Shown: positions 48,101 through 58,851, numbered from the stretch's first letter. The stretch: 64,000 bases of DNA from a virus (IMGVR_UViG_3300022752_000030:47238-111237), one strand, 5' to 3'. Program-made: numbers and translations. The notes: a model not told the origin generated them from the letters alone.

Positions 48101-51100
48101 TTGCATATCCTAATGATGATGAGGAAGTAGATGATAATTTGTTTGCACTATAGGCTACAGCCAAAGGTTTTAAAGGATAATTTTGAATTGACTGTGAAGC
48201 TGTCATTATCCTTTCTCTACGGTTAATAGTTGCAAAATAATCGGTACTGAATGTGTCAGCAGCAGCATAACTTGAAAAATCATCAACCAGAATACCATTT
48301 TTAAATCTATTCAGACCATACGCATCAGAAATTTGTAAGTTTTTAGTTTTTTGTTCTAATAGATTTAGTGATGTGTAATACTGCAAGTTGTTAATGCGTT
48401 CTTCTAATCCTGCAATGTCTTTCATTGTATATCGTTTGTGTCGAACCTTTTCAATAGAAAGATCAGGAGTCGTACCTGTGGGTGCCTCAGTTGGAATATA
48501 CGCAGTATAAGGATTGTGGTTTAATTTTGCAACAACCAATGATCCGTCTGGTTCTGATGGTAATAAAGGTGTCAAAGAGGGTGAACCTTCTATAATCTGA
48601 AAGCTTCTATCTTTGGTTAACACTAATTTGTCTTTTCTACCCAAGTAATATGAATAGTCGGTGGTAAATGTTGATAGATCAGTAGGAATAAAAATACCCT
48701 GCCTGTTATCGCCTGTTGTATTGTATTTGTAAGTAAAAGATGTTGTTGCATTAACTCTTGCGGGTCTAAAATCAACAGAATCACGTAAATTATATACTGT
48801 TCCGTGGCGACTGGTATACGTTGTTATCGACTGATAAACGTCAGGTAATGTTGAATTGAGATAAGAAGTGAGGCAGAAATAACCATCACCACCAATATGT
48901 TGATAATAATTTAACAATACAAGAATATTACCTTGTGGTTGCGGCGCACCAGGTTTTAATGTAATTGAAGCATGATCATAATAACTATCTCTTTGTCCGT
49001 TATCGAATGTATAATTGTTTGTTATATCATACGATGGATTGGTCAACATCGAAACGGTTGGTGTTGTTCCGGACGATTTTGTGTCAATAATTTTTACAAT
49101 ACTCTTTACATCCGAAAGATATAAACTTTGTCTATTTCCTGGTGTTACAAGTCCTGCTTTTTGAATATAAACTTGACCTGTTGAAGTTAATGGAGCGTCA
49201 TCGACAAAAGTGTATGTCGCTACTTGTGTTCCGTTTGTCTTAACTGTATTTGTATTTGCGGAAATTAAATTTTTATATTTCAAAATGTGACTAGTATTGT
49301 CAGCATTTGTTACAAAAACTTTTTCTAAAATTGTAGCTGTAAAACCCGAAGTGACGTTTGCAGTAGGTATACTTAAAGTTGCTGTTTTTGCATCAGAACT
49401 GAGTGTAATTGTTCCTGATTTTGTTGTCCATGGAACAATTTCACCAACATTAAGTGAAGAACTTCCTTTGTTTGTGACGACAATGATAAAGTTTTGTTTG
49501 ATAACATCTGAAGACAATGAAGATCCTGGTGTACCCAGGTGTTTTACAACATCGGAGTAATCACCTGTGTAATTCAAAGTGGCAGTTGCAGCACTACCGG
49601 CTACAGTAAACGCAACACTTCTGGTAAGTTGTTGTGAACTGTAGGAAGCATCACTCATCGATGCTACGTATGGTGTTCCAACTTTAAATAACAATTCAGG
49701 AACATCAGGATTTTCTAAAATTGTATCACCAGTAGCGACACCACCGACACGGCCAGTGGAATTTATGTTTGCATAACCTTTAATTGCGGCGGGATAAGAA
49801 GTTGTGTCTGAATACACAATTGTTTCAACGTCTTTAATGCCAAAATTTAACTGAAAGACTGAAGTTGTATCTGGTGTAACAGTCCAATTCTGATTAATTG
49901 TTGCAACTCTTGTCGTTCCGTTGTATGCTGTAATTGTTCTGAAATCACCGGCACTTGAGCCTTTGGTGATAGAAATAGTCACACCAACATAAGCGTTGTT
50001 AGCTTGAGAAAATATTCCTGGTAAAGTGATGCTGCTTGCGGTTGCTGAAATTGCATTTGCAGAAGGAACAGCATTTTGAATATCGTGTACAAAAGCTTTA
50101 TACACATATGTATTTGAGTCTGCATTATTTGTAGCAAATTCATATACAAAATTTCGAATATAACCAGTTCCAACTAATGTGGAATTATATGTTGATGTAT
50201 TTGTGGTAATAATATTTGATGTGGTAACACAATGTAAATCAATAGCTTGCGCCGTTGTTACATCAAAGAATGATCCACTTGCTCCACCTCGAACTGTATC
50301 GACATAAAAATAAGAACCATAATCTATGTAAACTGGAGTATTATTTTGTGATTCTGTTGTTCTTGCTCTATTTGACGTTAATGTGATGTTTGTTGGATTT
50401 TCCAAACGATAACCGCGAACATAAGCAAGACCTTTACCCACACTTAAATCATATTTGGTCAAATCTGCATTTGTTTTTGGCGTTAACTTAAAATCTTCGA
50501 CAACGTAATCACCGTTTGTTTCATAATCACGTTTTGCAAAGTAGTCATCAATGACATTATAAACTGAACCGTCAACAAGTTTTGCGACTGCGCCAGATTC
50601 AACACGAACCAATTCAACAAAATCTTGATCATCACCAAATTGAATAGGTCTCGTATCAAGTGCCAAACTAATTACATAACGATCAGCCCCCGGTGCTTGA
50701 TAGTTGGATGCACCAATTGCTGGATCCAATAATGATGCATCATTCACGTAATCATAAATTGTTTCTGTGATTGTCAAACCAACACGTTTTGTTGGTGTGC
50801 TGTTATATTTTTCTAAAATTATTGTGTCTGGTTGTATCTGTACAAAATTTCCAAGAATGTAAAACACACCTTCAGAAATAGATACAACAGAAGAACTACC
50901 TGTTGAAGAAGAAGTGATCGCTTGTGCTGCCAAATTTGAATTTACATCATAGATAACATCATTATCTGTGAATTGAGATCCTGTCTTATATGAGACTACA
51001 ATAGTTGGAGGGTCTCCTGCACCGCCGGTTCCTGTAGCTGCAGCTACTGCTAATACCTGAGCAATAACTGTACCTGTTGCATTTTGAACTAAAAGACCTT

Positions 51101-51374
51101 CAAATTTCGTTACATCGATGGGAGAATTATTATATGTCTCTTGTAGTTTAATATAAAAACAATTAAAGTTTGTGGTTATTTGTCCACCGGTTACGGGTGA
51201 ATTTTGTTTAAAAATGTTATCTGCAAATTTTGTAATTTGGTCCTGAAGAATTGTCTGCGACTGTGTTAATTCTCTAGCCTGAACAGCAGCGCCCGGCTTA
51301 AAAAGAATACGGTGAAAATTCTTTGTCTGGTCGAAATCGTCATAATATGGTTCTACGTTGAAATTCAGAGACAT
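45105..51374 (-). CDS. Large virion structural protein, DUF4815 (VrlC-like)
   Basis: FNVEPYYDDF, FKPGAAVQARELTQSQ, APGADR, RFKNGILVDDF, DPVAQSF. Confidence 0.88.
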   Translation of the reverse strand: MSLNFNVEPYYDDFDQTKNFHRILFKPGAAVQARELTQSQTILQDQITKFADNIFKQNSPVTGGQITTNFNCFYIKLQETYNNSPIDVTKFEGLLVQNATGTVIAQVLAVAAATGTGGAGDPPTIVVSYKTGSQFTDNDVIYDVNSNLAAQAITSSSTGSSSVVSISEGVFYILGNFVQIQPDTIILEKYNSTPTKRVGLTITETIYDYVNDASLLDPAIGASNYQAPGADRYVISLALDTRPIQFGDDQDFVELVRVESGAVAKLVDGSVYNVIDDYFAKRDYETNGDYVVEDFKLTPKTNADLTKYDLSVGKGLAYVRGYRLENPTNITLTSNRARTTESQNNTPVYIDYGSYFYVDTVRGGASGSFFDVTTAQAIDLHCVTTSNIITTNTSTYNSTLVGTGYIRNFVYEFATNNADSNTYVYKAFVHDIQNAVPSANAISATASSITLPGIFSQANNAYVGVTISITKGSSAGDFRTITAYNGTTRVATINQNWTVTPDTTSVFQLNFGIKDVETIVYSDTTSYPAAIKGYANINSTGRVGGVATGDTILENPDVPELLFKVGTPYVASMSDASYSSQQLTRSVAFTVAGSAATATLNYTGDYSDVVKHLGTPGSSLSSDVIKQNFIIVVTNKGSSSLNVGEIVPWTTKSGTITLSSDAKTATLSIPTANVTSGFTATILEKVFVTNADNTSHILKYKNLISANTNTVKTNGTQVATYTFVDDAPLTSTGQVYIQKAGLVTPGNRQSLYLSDVKSIVKIIDTKSSGTTPTVSMLTNPSYDITNNYTFDNGQRDSYYDHASITLKPGAPQPQGNILVLLNYYQHIGGDGYFCLTSYLNSTLPDVYQSITTYTSRHGTVYNLRDSVDFRPARVNATTSFTYKYNTTGDNRQGIFIPTDLSTFTTDYSYYLGRKDKLVLTKDRSFQIIEGSPSLTPLLPSEPDGSLVVAKLNHNPYTAYIPTEAPTGTTPDLSIEKVRHKRYTMKDIAGLEERINNLQYYTSLNLLEQKTKNLQISDAYGLNRFKNGILVDDFSSYAAADTFSTDYFATINRRERIMTASQSIQNYPLKPLAVAYSANKLSSTSSSSLGYAIDSDGYINYLSLPYSTANAISQKFASRTVNVNPFAVSLREGVISLSPNVDNWVDTKYNPALLIVDPNLTVYRQTSTINTLTVGDWKTIPGTTYQTVTNQGFLQTTNTYANRSQENLVGAYEKINNTYAFDNNYITDISVLPFIRPQQTVIRAKGMLLLTPVNTFFDDLNVNPYFRKSNIIELSSVSGTFKEDDIIGYYSSGTFYPTGRIIGIYTYPDTTKVRLYVAADGTPSSYAGGGNQLQNGYFDTNGLYSSTTASGTILNTSHFAGQIKNVVSSTQIKLSPLASSANNYYNGNTIFINSGTGIGLSANISSYNGVTKVATLSTSLNTANSDIYSIGTFTTDEEGSFYGIFNIPANTFHNGQRTFRVDNSINNNKGTATTFVQGTYYAEGLQTTSQKLDFGASPAGAKNTFVRTNYANNTLISTRTVDTTPPPPAGGDPVAQSFIIDKDNYPNGMFIKSVKFFFASKPVSDNSPITLSIIGTQNGYPNGQTLDYSIVTLTPNQIKTSSSPQYLDSTTSTTFTFDVPVYIQSNVLYAFMLKSNSKEYTLWTALNGDTALVSSTKNLPTDPTPSTITKIASAPYVGGLFISQNAITWNADQNQSLMFVVDRCVFNTALTPTIQYVVPNKLPQRTLIDQSIDYYLNANNVSSTIDSISTTDVLVDAFNITTTDFIPTTTSANYSYNATLVNGTAAGLINVNPGKFGTPTQDDIYLSDGKGERILLANSNTSFSLYSQLISSDDAVSPVISDAGLSVYAITWNINNAECSNSMITLSSGGSGYNVNTTTVSVSSPTGVGGSQAYAAANISGGIIQSVYFTSNGSGYITTPTITIADSNTTPGTGATVVVIGETSPNGGNVLAKYVTKKVILQPGFDSGDLNVYLTAYRPVNTDINVYYKILNRNDTQKFEDGSWQLMTKINSSDPVYSQTRNDLYEYSFAPGTSGVSQGYVSYTSTTGQTYTTFGQFAIKVVLTSSDHTYVPFLTDLRALALPSNVNASV

Positions 51375-51383
51375 TTTTTTCCT

Positions 51384-52751
51384 TTAATAACCTAATACAA
51401 AACGAAATTGCTCAATACCATCCGCACTTCTTTGTACACCAGTTCTATTTTCAATAAAAGAAATATAACCAGAGTAAATAACAAAATTTGGAGTGCTATA
51501 AGTCAGCAATGTTCTAGTAGTTTTTGATGTGTTTCCGAAAACAGGTGAATTGGTTATCGGAGTTCCTGTTATATTTATTAGATTAACCACATTGGTTGAG
51601 GTATTAAAACTCAAAACTTTTGCAGTAAATGTTGCTGTTTCGAGACTGGTTCCTTGATAAACTGTCTCGTCCGCAGTATAAACACCAAATCCGGGAGCAA
51701 CAATAAAGTCTGTTGTTGTTCTATATATTGTTCCGTTAGCTGGATTAGGGCTTAATTCTTTTGTGGTCGGATTTACCATCAATCCAACTTGATGAAAATC
51801 TATGTCGGTTGGTATAACACCACCCTCACTACCATTAAACTCAGTTGTAAACATAATATGTGAACATCCTAACTCGGAGATAGGATCAAAACCGTGACCA
51901 CCAATTGGTGATGTCGGTGCAAAAGCAGATGCATTAGATCCTACAGTTGATGTGATTGAAACGTTTGCATATGTGTAATTACTACCAGGTGAAACTACAA
52001 TCACATCTTGTATTACACCACCAACAACATTTGCTGTTGCAACTGCACCTGTTCCATCACCTGTAACCGTTATAGTTACAAATGAATTTGCAGGGTCATA
52101 TCCTGATCCGCCATTTGTAACATTAATTGCATCAATACTTCCTGCACCAGCTGAAGTTAGTAGTGGGTTTGGTGTGTTCGAACCAACTGTTACTGGAATC
52201 CATGTTTTGTCCATGAACTTAACTTTTAGTCCGGTGTCAATTGTGTAAATGTATTTCCACTTGTAATTATCTGCACCTTTGAAAATATTGTTGGTACCAT
52301 ATGAACCTGGTTCAAAATAAGGTTCTACTGTAGATGGTGTACCGTTATTGTTCCAAAGACATTTGAAAACTTGATCGTATTTGTTTTTTACATAAAACTT
52401 ATTGACAAGATTTCCGTTTTCGTCCTGTTCAATCATGTTAATATCGTCACGATAATAACTGTAAACAATACCAGAACTCCAATCAATTCTTTCAATGACC
52501 GGTGATATATCACTTGTTTTAATTAATTTTACCGCAAAAATATTTTTAAAAACTTGCTTAAGTGATTTTTGATCAGAAGCAGGAAGGGGAGGATTGTTTT
52601 CATCGTCCCAAGGATCAACCTTTGACAAGAAACAATATATTGTACCCAATGGTATATCAATATTGGGTGGAACAACCGCAACAGGTGAATAATATACCTG
52701 TTGGACTTGTACAACCTTAGCTTCAGTAGTGATTATGTTTTTATTTGACAT
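51384..52751 (-). CDS. gp8: Baseplate wedge subunit
   Basis: RIDWSSG, VFKCLWN, DNYKWKYIY, PIGGHGFDP. Confidence 0.9.
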   Translation of the reverse strand: MSNKNIITTEAKVVQVQQVYYSPVAVVPPNIDIPLGTIYCFLSKVDPWDDENNPPLPASDQKSLKQVFKNIFAVKLIKTSDISPVIERIDWSSGIVYSYYRDDINMIEQDENGNLVNKFYVKNKYDQVFKCLWNNNGTPSTVEPYFEPGSYGTNNIFKGADNYKWKYIYTIDTGLKVKFMDKTWIPVTVGSNTPNPLLTSAGAGSIDAINVTNGGSGYDPANSFVTITVTGDGTGAVATANVVGGVIQDVIVVSPGSNYTYANVSITSTVGSNASAFAPTSPIGGHGFDPISELGCSHIMFTTEFNGSEGGVIPTDIDFHQVGLMVNPTTKELSPNPANGTIYRTTTDFIVAPGFGVYTADETVYQGTSLETATFTAKVLSFNTSTNVVNLINITGTPITNSPVFGNTSKTTRTLLTYSTPNFVIYSGYISFIENRTGVQRSADGIEQFRFVLGY

Positions 52752-52761
52752 GATTTATTTA

Positions 52762-53976
52762 TTACGAATATGAGACAGAAACGTATGTATTTGCTAGTGT
52801 TGTACTAAAAGAATAATATTTTAATATTGCGGTTGTTCCGCCTCCGAGTGAAAATGTAGTCGAACCAACACTTGAATTAATTGCAGAACATCCGTGGGTT
52901 ATAGTATGTGTTGAACCTGGACCAGTCGATACATTGGTAATAAATAAAATTATTTCACTTCCTGGAACAAAATTAGCGAGAGTTGCTGCAAAATTTGCTG
53001 CAATATTTGCTCGAGACCAATTATCATTATTAAAATTTAATGTTAGTGCTGTTTGATTTCCTGAATAACTTTTTGTTGTGTAGATAAAATCGTTTGCATA
53101 AACTGTTCCTGAAACTGTTATGTCTCTATTGAAGATTACATTATTGGATGTAATATTATCAATAGATGCTGATTGATTTAGTCCATTTGCAATCAAGTTT
53201 CCTGTGAGTGTCAAAGAATTGATATTGATGACACTTGTATTTTGTACTGCGGTATTTGTCAACGCAAAGGCTGAATTGGCTTTTATAAACGCTGAGTTTG
53301 CATAAGAACCTGCACTATTAGCTGCAACAAAAGCAGAATTTGCATATGTTCCTGAAGCTAAAGGTGATGTGTTTTGTGTTGTTCCGTCAGCGTAAATAAT
53401 TCCTTGTGATGGTGCAATTGTACCTGTCACTCTTAGATTTTTCAAAAAGTCAAAAACCGAAGGACTGATTCTACCGACAACGTTACCTGAAAGTGTTCCG
53501 CCTGCAATAATTACTACGTTAGCGTTTGCGGATGCAGTACCAACAATCAAATTGCCCGTATAACTTACGTTTGATTGACCATAAGAAAACAAATAACCAT
53601 CATATGGTTTCATTGAAGAATATTCTGGATCGGAAAATAACCGACCATTGATACCCATATCAATAAAACTATTTGCATTATTACTGTCACTTGTTGAAGC
53701 AACATAGTCGGCCGAACCATTTGCATCAAAATTTTGATTATTGATTTGTAAATACGTTACAGAATTTCCAGAAAATTGACCGACCACATTTTGATATTGA
53801 ACGGGATTACCACCAACATTCAAAACTTCATTTGAAAATAAACCTTGTGCAATTGTGTGTGCAGTAAATTTTCCTGTCACACCAGAAGGAATGTCAACAC
53901 CAACAAATAACGTATTCGACGTATTTGAATTAAGTTGTGAAATTGCCGATAATTGTGATATTTTTACTGAACTCAT
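52762..53976 (-). CDS. Virion structural / fibre-like protein
   Basis: VKISQL N-terminus, short ANSAF block; between gp7 and gp8. Confidence 0.65.
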   Translation of the reverse strand: MSSVKISQLSAISQLNSNTSNTLFVGVDIPSGVTGKFTAHTIAQGLFSNEVLNVGGNPVQYQNVVGQFSGNSVTYLQINNQNFDANGSADYVASTSDSNNANSFIDMGINGRLFSDPEYSSMKPYDGYLFSYGQSNVSYTGNLIVGTASANANVVIIAGGTLSGNVVGRISPSVFDFLKNLRVTGTIAPSQGIIYADGTTQNTSPLASGTYANSAFVAANSAGSYANSAFIKANSAFALTNTAVQNTSVININSLTLTGNLIANGLNQSASIDNITSNNVIFNRDITVSGTVYANDFIYTTKSYSGNQTALTLNFNNDNWSRANIAANFAATLANFVPGSEIILFITNVSTGPGSTHTITHGCSAINSSVGSTTFSLGGGTTAILKYYSFSTTLANTYVSVSYS

Positions 53977-53982
53977 TTTCTA

Positions 53983-56775
53983 TTACCCCAATAGGATTGT
54001 ATATCCATTTTCCGTTGTTAGTGTCCTGCCGTCTTCTGTTATAAGTTCTGGAATATATTGTTGACCGATAGGACCAAAAATTCTTACATTAGTTGTTTCG
54101 AAAGTTCTATTTACTGCCAAATAAGAATTTGCATTTGCACTCAAATTACTTGTTAAATATATTTTACCATTGATATAATCAACACTTGAAACTGATTTAC
54201 TTGTATTGTTTGCAACTAAAACAGTATCACCTGCATATACAATATCCATCAAAGGATATGTTGTATTGCTATAATTTCCGTTGTTGATAATATCATATGC
54301 ACCAGTTAACGATGTTATATTTATGACGTTGGATCCTGAGTTTCCGGTTATAAGAGCAACATTTGCATAAGTCAACCATGTGTTGCTGCCAATCGTAATT
54401 GTATTCGATGCAACATTAACAGAAATCACATCAGAAAAAACATTTGGTCCGTGTTGTGGAGTAATTGCAATATAACTTGTATTTGGAAAAATAAATGTAG
54501 AAATATCAGAACCTGCCAAATTGTTGATTCTGATAATATTATTACTTTTGTTTGTAAAATCAGCAAGAATCTGAGCACTTGTTGCAAGATATCCAGTGTA
54601 ATAACTTATTGGGTATCCTTGGTAAAGAGCCTCAAGGCCGTGATAACTCATTGCATTATTAGATTTCAATGCATAACGACCGAGAACTTTCATGCCTGTC
54701 GGATGCAACAAACTCAATAACACATCACGATACTTTGCAATTTCTTTTTCGACTGTGATTTGATATGTGAAGTTATTGTAATTTTGACTCTGCAACACAT
54801 CAAAAGAACTTGGTTGTCCTTGTGAGGTTAAGTATTGACCCTGACTAATCACAAGACCATTCAAGAAAGATGCATTTGCTTTTGCGGAACCATCACCGTA
54901 AATTCTCACACCATTACTGTTATAATTTTCGTTATAAGCAGTATTTGCCATGATCAAATTGATATTTTTTCCGACACCAATTTTTATTGGTTTTGTTGGG
55001 TCTGGCAATGAATTATAATTAAATACTCTTAAATTATAAAGAGACAATTCTGAATTTGCATCGGGTGCAAGTAATGATGCGGAATTAACTGTTGATGTGT
55101 AAGTGGCGGTATTAATACTTGTGCCCTGATATGCAACATCACCTTTTTGTGGAGCATTTAATATGTTCACGTTTGATACAACAATATCTTGAATTTTAAG
55201 TGAAACACTAGGTGTTGAAATGTAATCTTCACCAGGATTAGTAATATCAATTGTCGTGACAGCACCAATTCTATCCGCAACAACTGAAAATGTCGCACCT
55301 TCTCCTAAAATACCAGGTACATACAGACTTGCACCTGTCGCTTGAACATTAGAGGAATTTACGGATAAACTAGGTAAATCAGTTGATCTATAACCCATAC
55401 CTCCTAAAGGATATGTTTTTGTTTGACTTGCCACATATGCAACATTAATTATTGATCCTGTTGCATTAACGGAAATAACATTTGCTCGAGCTCCGTGACC
55501 TGAACCACCAGAAAATACAATGATGTCATTTGCTTGATATCCTTTTCCGCCATTTGTAATTTGAATTGGAGCTAAAATACCAAGTGAAGATATGAAAGCT
55601 GTATTACTTACCTCATTTTGATATGTTGAAATTGCAGAAACTTGAGGAATACTTGTGACACCTCCTCCACCATTTGTTACAGTAAGTGTGGATATTGGAT
55701 ATAACGAAAAAGAAGTAAAAGAAAAAGCTTCAGCTAAAGTTGTGTTGATGTTTGATACTGCTGTATTCGAGAAAAAATAATTGGAATTACTTAATTTAAT
55801 AAATCTCTTTAAATTTATTGTATCAACAGGAACTATAGCTACGTTTGCTGTTTTTTGTGGATTAGGATCGAGTGATGTGACTATTGCTGCAGCACCCGGA
55901 GCATTTTTAATCGTCACGTATGTATTTGGTAGTAAAGAATAACCATAACCTCCATTAACGACTTGAATACTTTGAATTGATCCTGACGTTGTTGCTCCGA
56001 CTTGTGCAACAGCACCAATGTCGGTATTTGATGCTAGGCCATTATAAACAATCACTGGATCACCAGTTTGATATAAAAGTCCTCTATTTTTCGGATCTAT
56101 TTTAATTTGACTAATTTGACCAACAACTTTGGCTCTAAGTGGTTGTCCATCAAAAAGTACATCTTGATTGTTACTATCAACAACACGAACAAACTCACCA
56201 GACTGAAACAATCTTTGGATGTCTGAAATGAAAACTTCTGTTTTTGTTCCTGCAATAACAGTTGTTTCAACTGTTGCAATCGATTTTGTCAACTCACCAA
56301 ACAAACGATAATTTTTTACGTTTAGAAAATTAGGATCAAGAGTGTTTAATTTTAAACTCTTTGCAACATACCATGTACCGGAAGATGCTTTAAGTACAGC
56401 ATCTTTTGTGTAAAATATATCAAAGTCGGAGTTATAAAGTATTCTAAAAAGAAATTGATAAGATGCGGGTGTACCTTTTGACTGATACAATTGTCTTGCA
56501 ACTTTAACAGCTTCTTGTTGACTAATTAATGTTTCTTTTGGAAAATAGGGCAGAAAATCGTTGACAAAATAATCCAAAAAATCATTTGTTGTCGTATCAA
56601 TATCTTTATAACTTAAAAGATTCTTTGATCTTTCCGTTACTTGATTATTTTCTTCCAACCACTCATAGTATGCCTGTAAAAACAAAGTAAAATTGGCATA
56701 GTCAGGATTATCCCGAACGAATTCGGGAAGTTGAGAGGGTATGAGTAGAGAGGTTTTTTGTTCGCTCGTTATCAT
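53983..56775 (-). CDS. gp7: Baseplate wedge initiator
   Basis: QLPEFV, FLQAYYEWLE, YQSKGT, LLHPTGM; follows gp6. Confidence 0.8.
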   Translation of the reverse strand: MITSEQKTSLLIPSQLPEFVRDNPDYANFTLFLQAYYEWLEENNQVTERSKNLLSYKDIDTTTNDFLDYFVNDFLPYFPKETLISQQEAVKVARQLYQSKGTPASYQFLFRILYNSDFDIFYTKDAVLKASSGTWYVAKSLKLNTLDPNFLNVKNYRLFGELTKSIATVETTVIAGTKTEVFISDIQRLFQSGEFVRVVDSNNQDVLFDGQPLRAKVVGQISQIKIDPKNRGLLYQTGDPVIVYNGLASNTDIGAVAQVGATTSGSIQSIQVVNGGYGYSLLPNTYVTIKNAPGAAAIVTSLDPNPQKTANVAIVPVDTINLKRFIKLSNSNYFFSNTAVSNINTTLAEAFSFTSFSLYPISTLTVTNGGGGVTSIPQVSAISTYQNEVSNTAFISSLGILAPIQITNGGKGYQANDIIVFSGGSGHGARANVISVNATGSIINVAYVASQTKTYPLGGMGYRSTDLPSLSVNSSNVQATGASLYVPGILGEGATFSVVADRIGAVTTIDITNPGEDYISTPSVSLKIQDIVVSNVNILNAPQKGDVAYQGTSINTATYTSTVNSASLLAPDANSELSLYNLRVFNYNSLPDPTKPIKIGVGKNINLIMANTAYNENYNSNGVRIYGDGSAKANASFLNGLVISQGQYLTSQGQPSSFDVLQSQNYNNFTYQITVEKEIAKYRDVLLSLLHPTGMKVLGRYALKSNNAMSYHGLEALYQGYPISYYTGYLATSAQILADFTNKSNNIIRINNLAGSDISTFIFPNTSYIAITPQHGPNVFSDVISVNVASNTITIGSNTWLTYANVALITGNSGSNVINITSLTGAYDIINNGNYSNTTYPLMDIVYAGDTVLVANNTSKSVSSVDYINGKIYLTSNLSANANSYLAVNRTFETTNVRIFGPIGQQYIPELITEDGRTLTTENGYTILLG

Positions 56776-58850
56776 GTTGTCTTAGCTGTAACATTCACAA
56801 CAATAGCATTTGGGTCATATGGATCAACTGTAATAATTCTATTATACGTTGAAGAAATGATTGATGTTGTAGGATTTGCAGAAACTGTTAATTGACCCAA
56901 AGGATTATCCACACCATAAGGATTAAAAGAATTTAAAGTGATAACACCTTCAGTATAATCAACTATACCAACATTATTATTGAAAATAGTTTTTACATTA
57001 CTGTCATTATAGTAATATGTTCTGAGTGCTCCGTATCGACCTTCAAGTGTTACTGTTGCTGCACCTAATTGTCCGGTTGTGTCACCAGCAACAGGAGTTA
57101 TAGATACAATTGCACTTGTATATCCTGTACCCTTTGCTAATACTTTAATTTCTCTAATTGTTCCGTTTGAATTGATGATTGCTTGTGCTGTTGCACCTGT
57201 TCCATCACCTAAAATTGAAACTGTAGGTGCATATTGATAACCAAAACCAGGATTTATGACTGCAATTGATTCTACACCACCTGTCGATGTTGGAACTTCT
57301 TCAATAAAAACACCATCGATAATATTTTCTAAATTGATTGGATCTCTAAATTGTAAACTTGGATTACTATTGATACCACTCAAGAACATTCCTCGTTTGA
57401 GTGGTGCACCATAGTATAATCTATATGTGGTTGGTGTTGATAAATTTGGCAGAAACTTCTTTTGTACTTGCAAAATAATTTCATTTGTGATGATTGAAGG
57501 ATCCGCCAAATTGATTGCATTATTAAATTCAGAAGATTTAAAAGTTGAATTGAATGTGTTTAATGATGTTGATGCAAGATTATAAATTGCCGTTCTGACA
57601 GAATTTTCAATCTGTGCGGAAGAAGATGATGTTTTTTTCGGATCATAATAAATATTTGCAGTAATTTGTAAATAAGTATAGTCAGGATCAACAATGGTTG
57701 GTTCAACCGTCATAACTGAGATTGGTTTAATTACATCATTAATTAATCTTTGTTTTTGTGTTTGTGTCAAAGAATATGCACCAGCTGGTTTAACAGAAAT
57801 GAATACTTGACCGTAAACTGGAGTTGCATTTTCTTGACCACCCCAAACACTTACTGCATCAAAAGAATAACCTAAATTATTTTGTTGAATTGCTGTAATG
57901 TAATCTTCTTTTGTAACCGCACGACTTTGAGCTGCATAAGATTTTGGCGCTTGGAATTTAATTGAATCAATCGATTCTTTTGATCCGCCTTGTGATGTTG
58001 CAGTAATCGGATAAACAACTGTATTTGAATAACCAGAAATTGGATCCATCAATACAAAGTTGTTTGCACCTGCGGCTGCGGTGCCTTGTGTAATAACGTA
58101 AGTAAGTGTAACGATGTTACCATCAGTTAGTTGCTTACCTAAAACATTATCACCAAAATATATCTCATAATAACCATCAATTCCTTCTTGCAAGAAATAT
58201 ACAAGAGAATCCGATTCGAGTGTTAGATAATTTGAAGCGAGGTTGTATATGTTATAAGAATTATTTGATGATGATTCTTTGACCGAAACTGTTAATGTGG
58301 AAGTATCAACATTCACATCAGGTATTTTAAATGTGTATTTTGGATTTGTAATTGAATCAACAGTATAAGAAATTGAAGAAGGAAGACCCTGTTTTAAAAC
58401 AATATTATTAAACTGTGCAGTATTATTCGTAACATTGACTGTTGTTGAATCTGAAGTTACAAAATTATAATTGACACCATCAATAGATTCAGATATAAAA
58501 TTTGTAAATTTTGGCAATGTCAAAGAAGTATCTGTGACTTGATTGACTTTTAAATTAATGACAGCTGATGGTGCAATAGAAGATTTTGGTATGTAATTTA
58601 ATAATTTAGCCTGAGAAACAACGGACGATCTTTGAATTGCGGAATCTAAAAACAACTCATTTGCAACCATATTCAAGTAATATGCATTATACTGTGTATT
58701 GTATGCGAGAACATCCAGTAAAACAGAAAGTGCAGAACCTTCGTAGTTGTAGTCTTTTAACGTGTCCTGAGATTGTAAAAATGTTTTCAGATTGGTTTTA
58801 ATTGTGTTAAAATCCAAATCTGTTATATTAATACCAGTATTTGCAGCCAT
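56772..58850 (-). CDS. gp6: Baseplate wedge subunit
   Basis: LDFNTIK, DYNYEGS, LAYNT, QSRAVTKEDY. Confidence 0.95.
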   Translation of the reverse strand: MAANTGINITDLDFNTIKTNLKTFLQSQDTLKDYNYEGSALSVLLDVLAYNTQYNAYYLNMVANELFLDSAIQRSSVVSQAKLLNYIPKSSIAPSAVINLKVNQVTDTSLTLPKFTNFISESIDGVNYNFVTSDSTTVNVTNNTAQFNNIVLKQGLPSSISYTVDSITNPKYTFKIPDVNVDTSTLTVSVKESSSNNSYNIYNLASNYLTLESDSLVYFLQEGIDGYYEIYFGDNVLGKQLTDGNIVTLTYVITQGTAAAGANNFVLMDPISGYSNTVVYPITATSQGGSKESIDSIKFQAPKSYAAQSRAVTKEDYITAIQQNNLGYSFDAVSVWGGQENATPVYGQVFISVKPAGAYSLTQTQKQRLINDVIKPISVMTVEPTIVDPDYTYLQITANIYYDPKKTSSSSAQIENSVRTAIYNLASTSLNTFNSTFKSSEFNNAINLADPSIITNEIILQVQKKFLPNLSTPTTYRLYYGAPLKRGMFLSGINSNPSLQFRDPINLENIIDGVFIEEVPTSTGGVESIAVINPGFGYQYAPTVSILGDGTGATAQAIINSNGTIREIKVLAKGTGYTSAIVSITPVAGDTTGQLGAATVTLEGRYGALRTYYYNDSNVKTIFNNNVGIVDYTEGVITLNSFNPYGVDNPLGQLTVSANPTTSIISSTYNRIITVDPYDPNAIVVNVTAKTT

Positions 58851-58851
58851 T

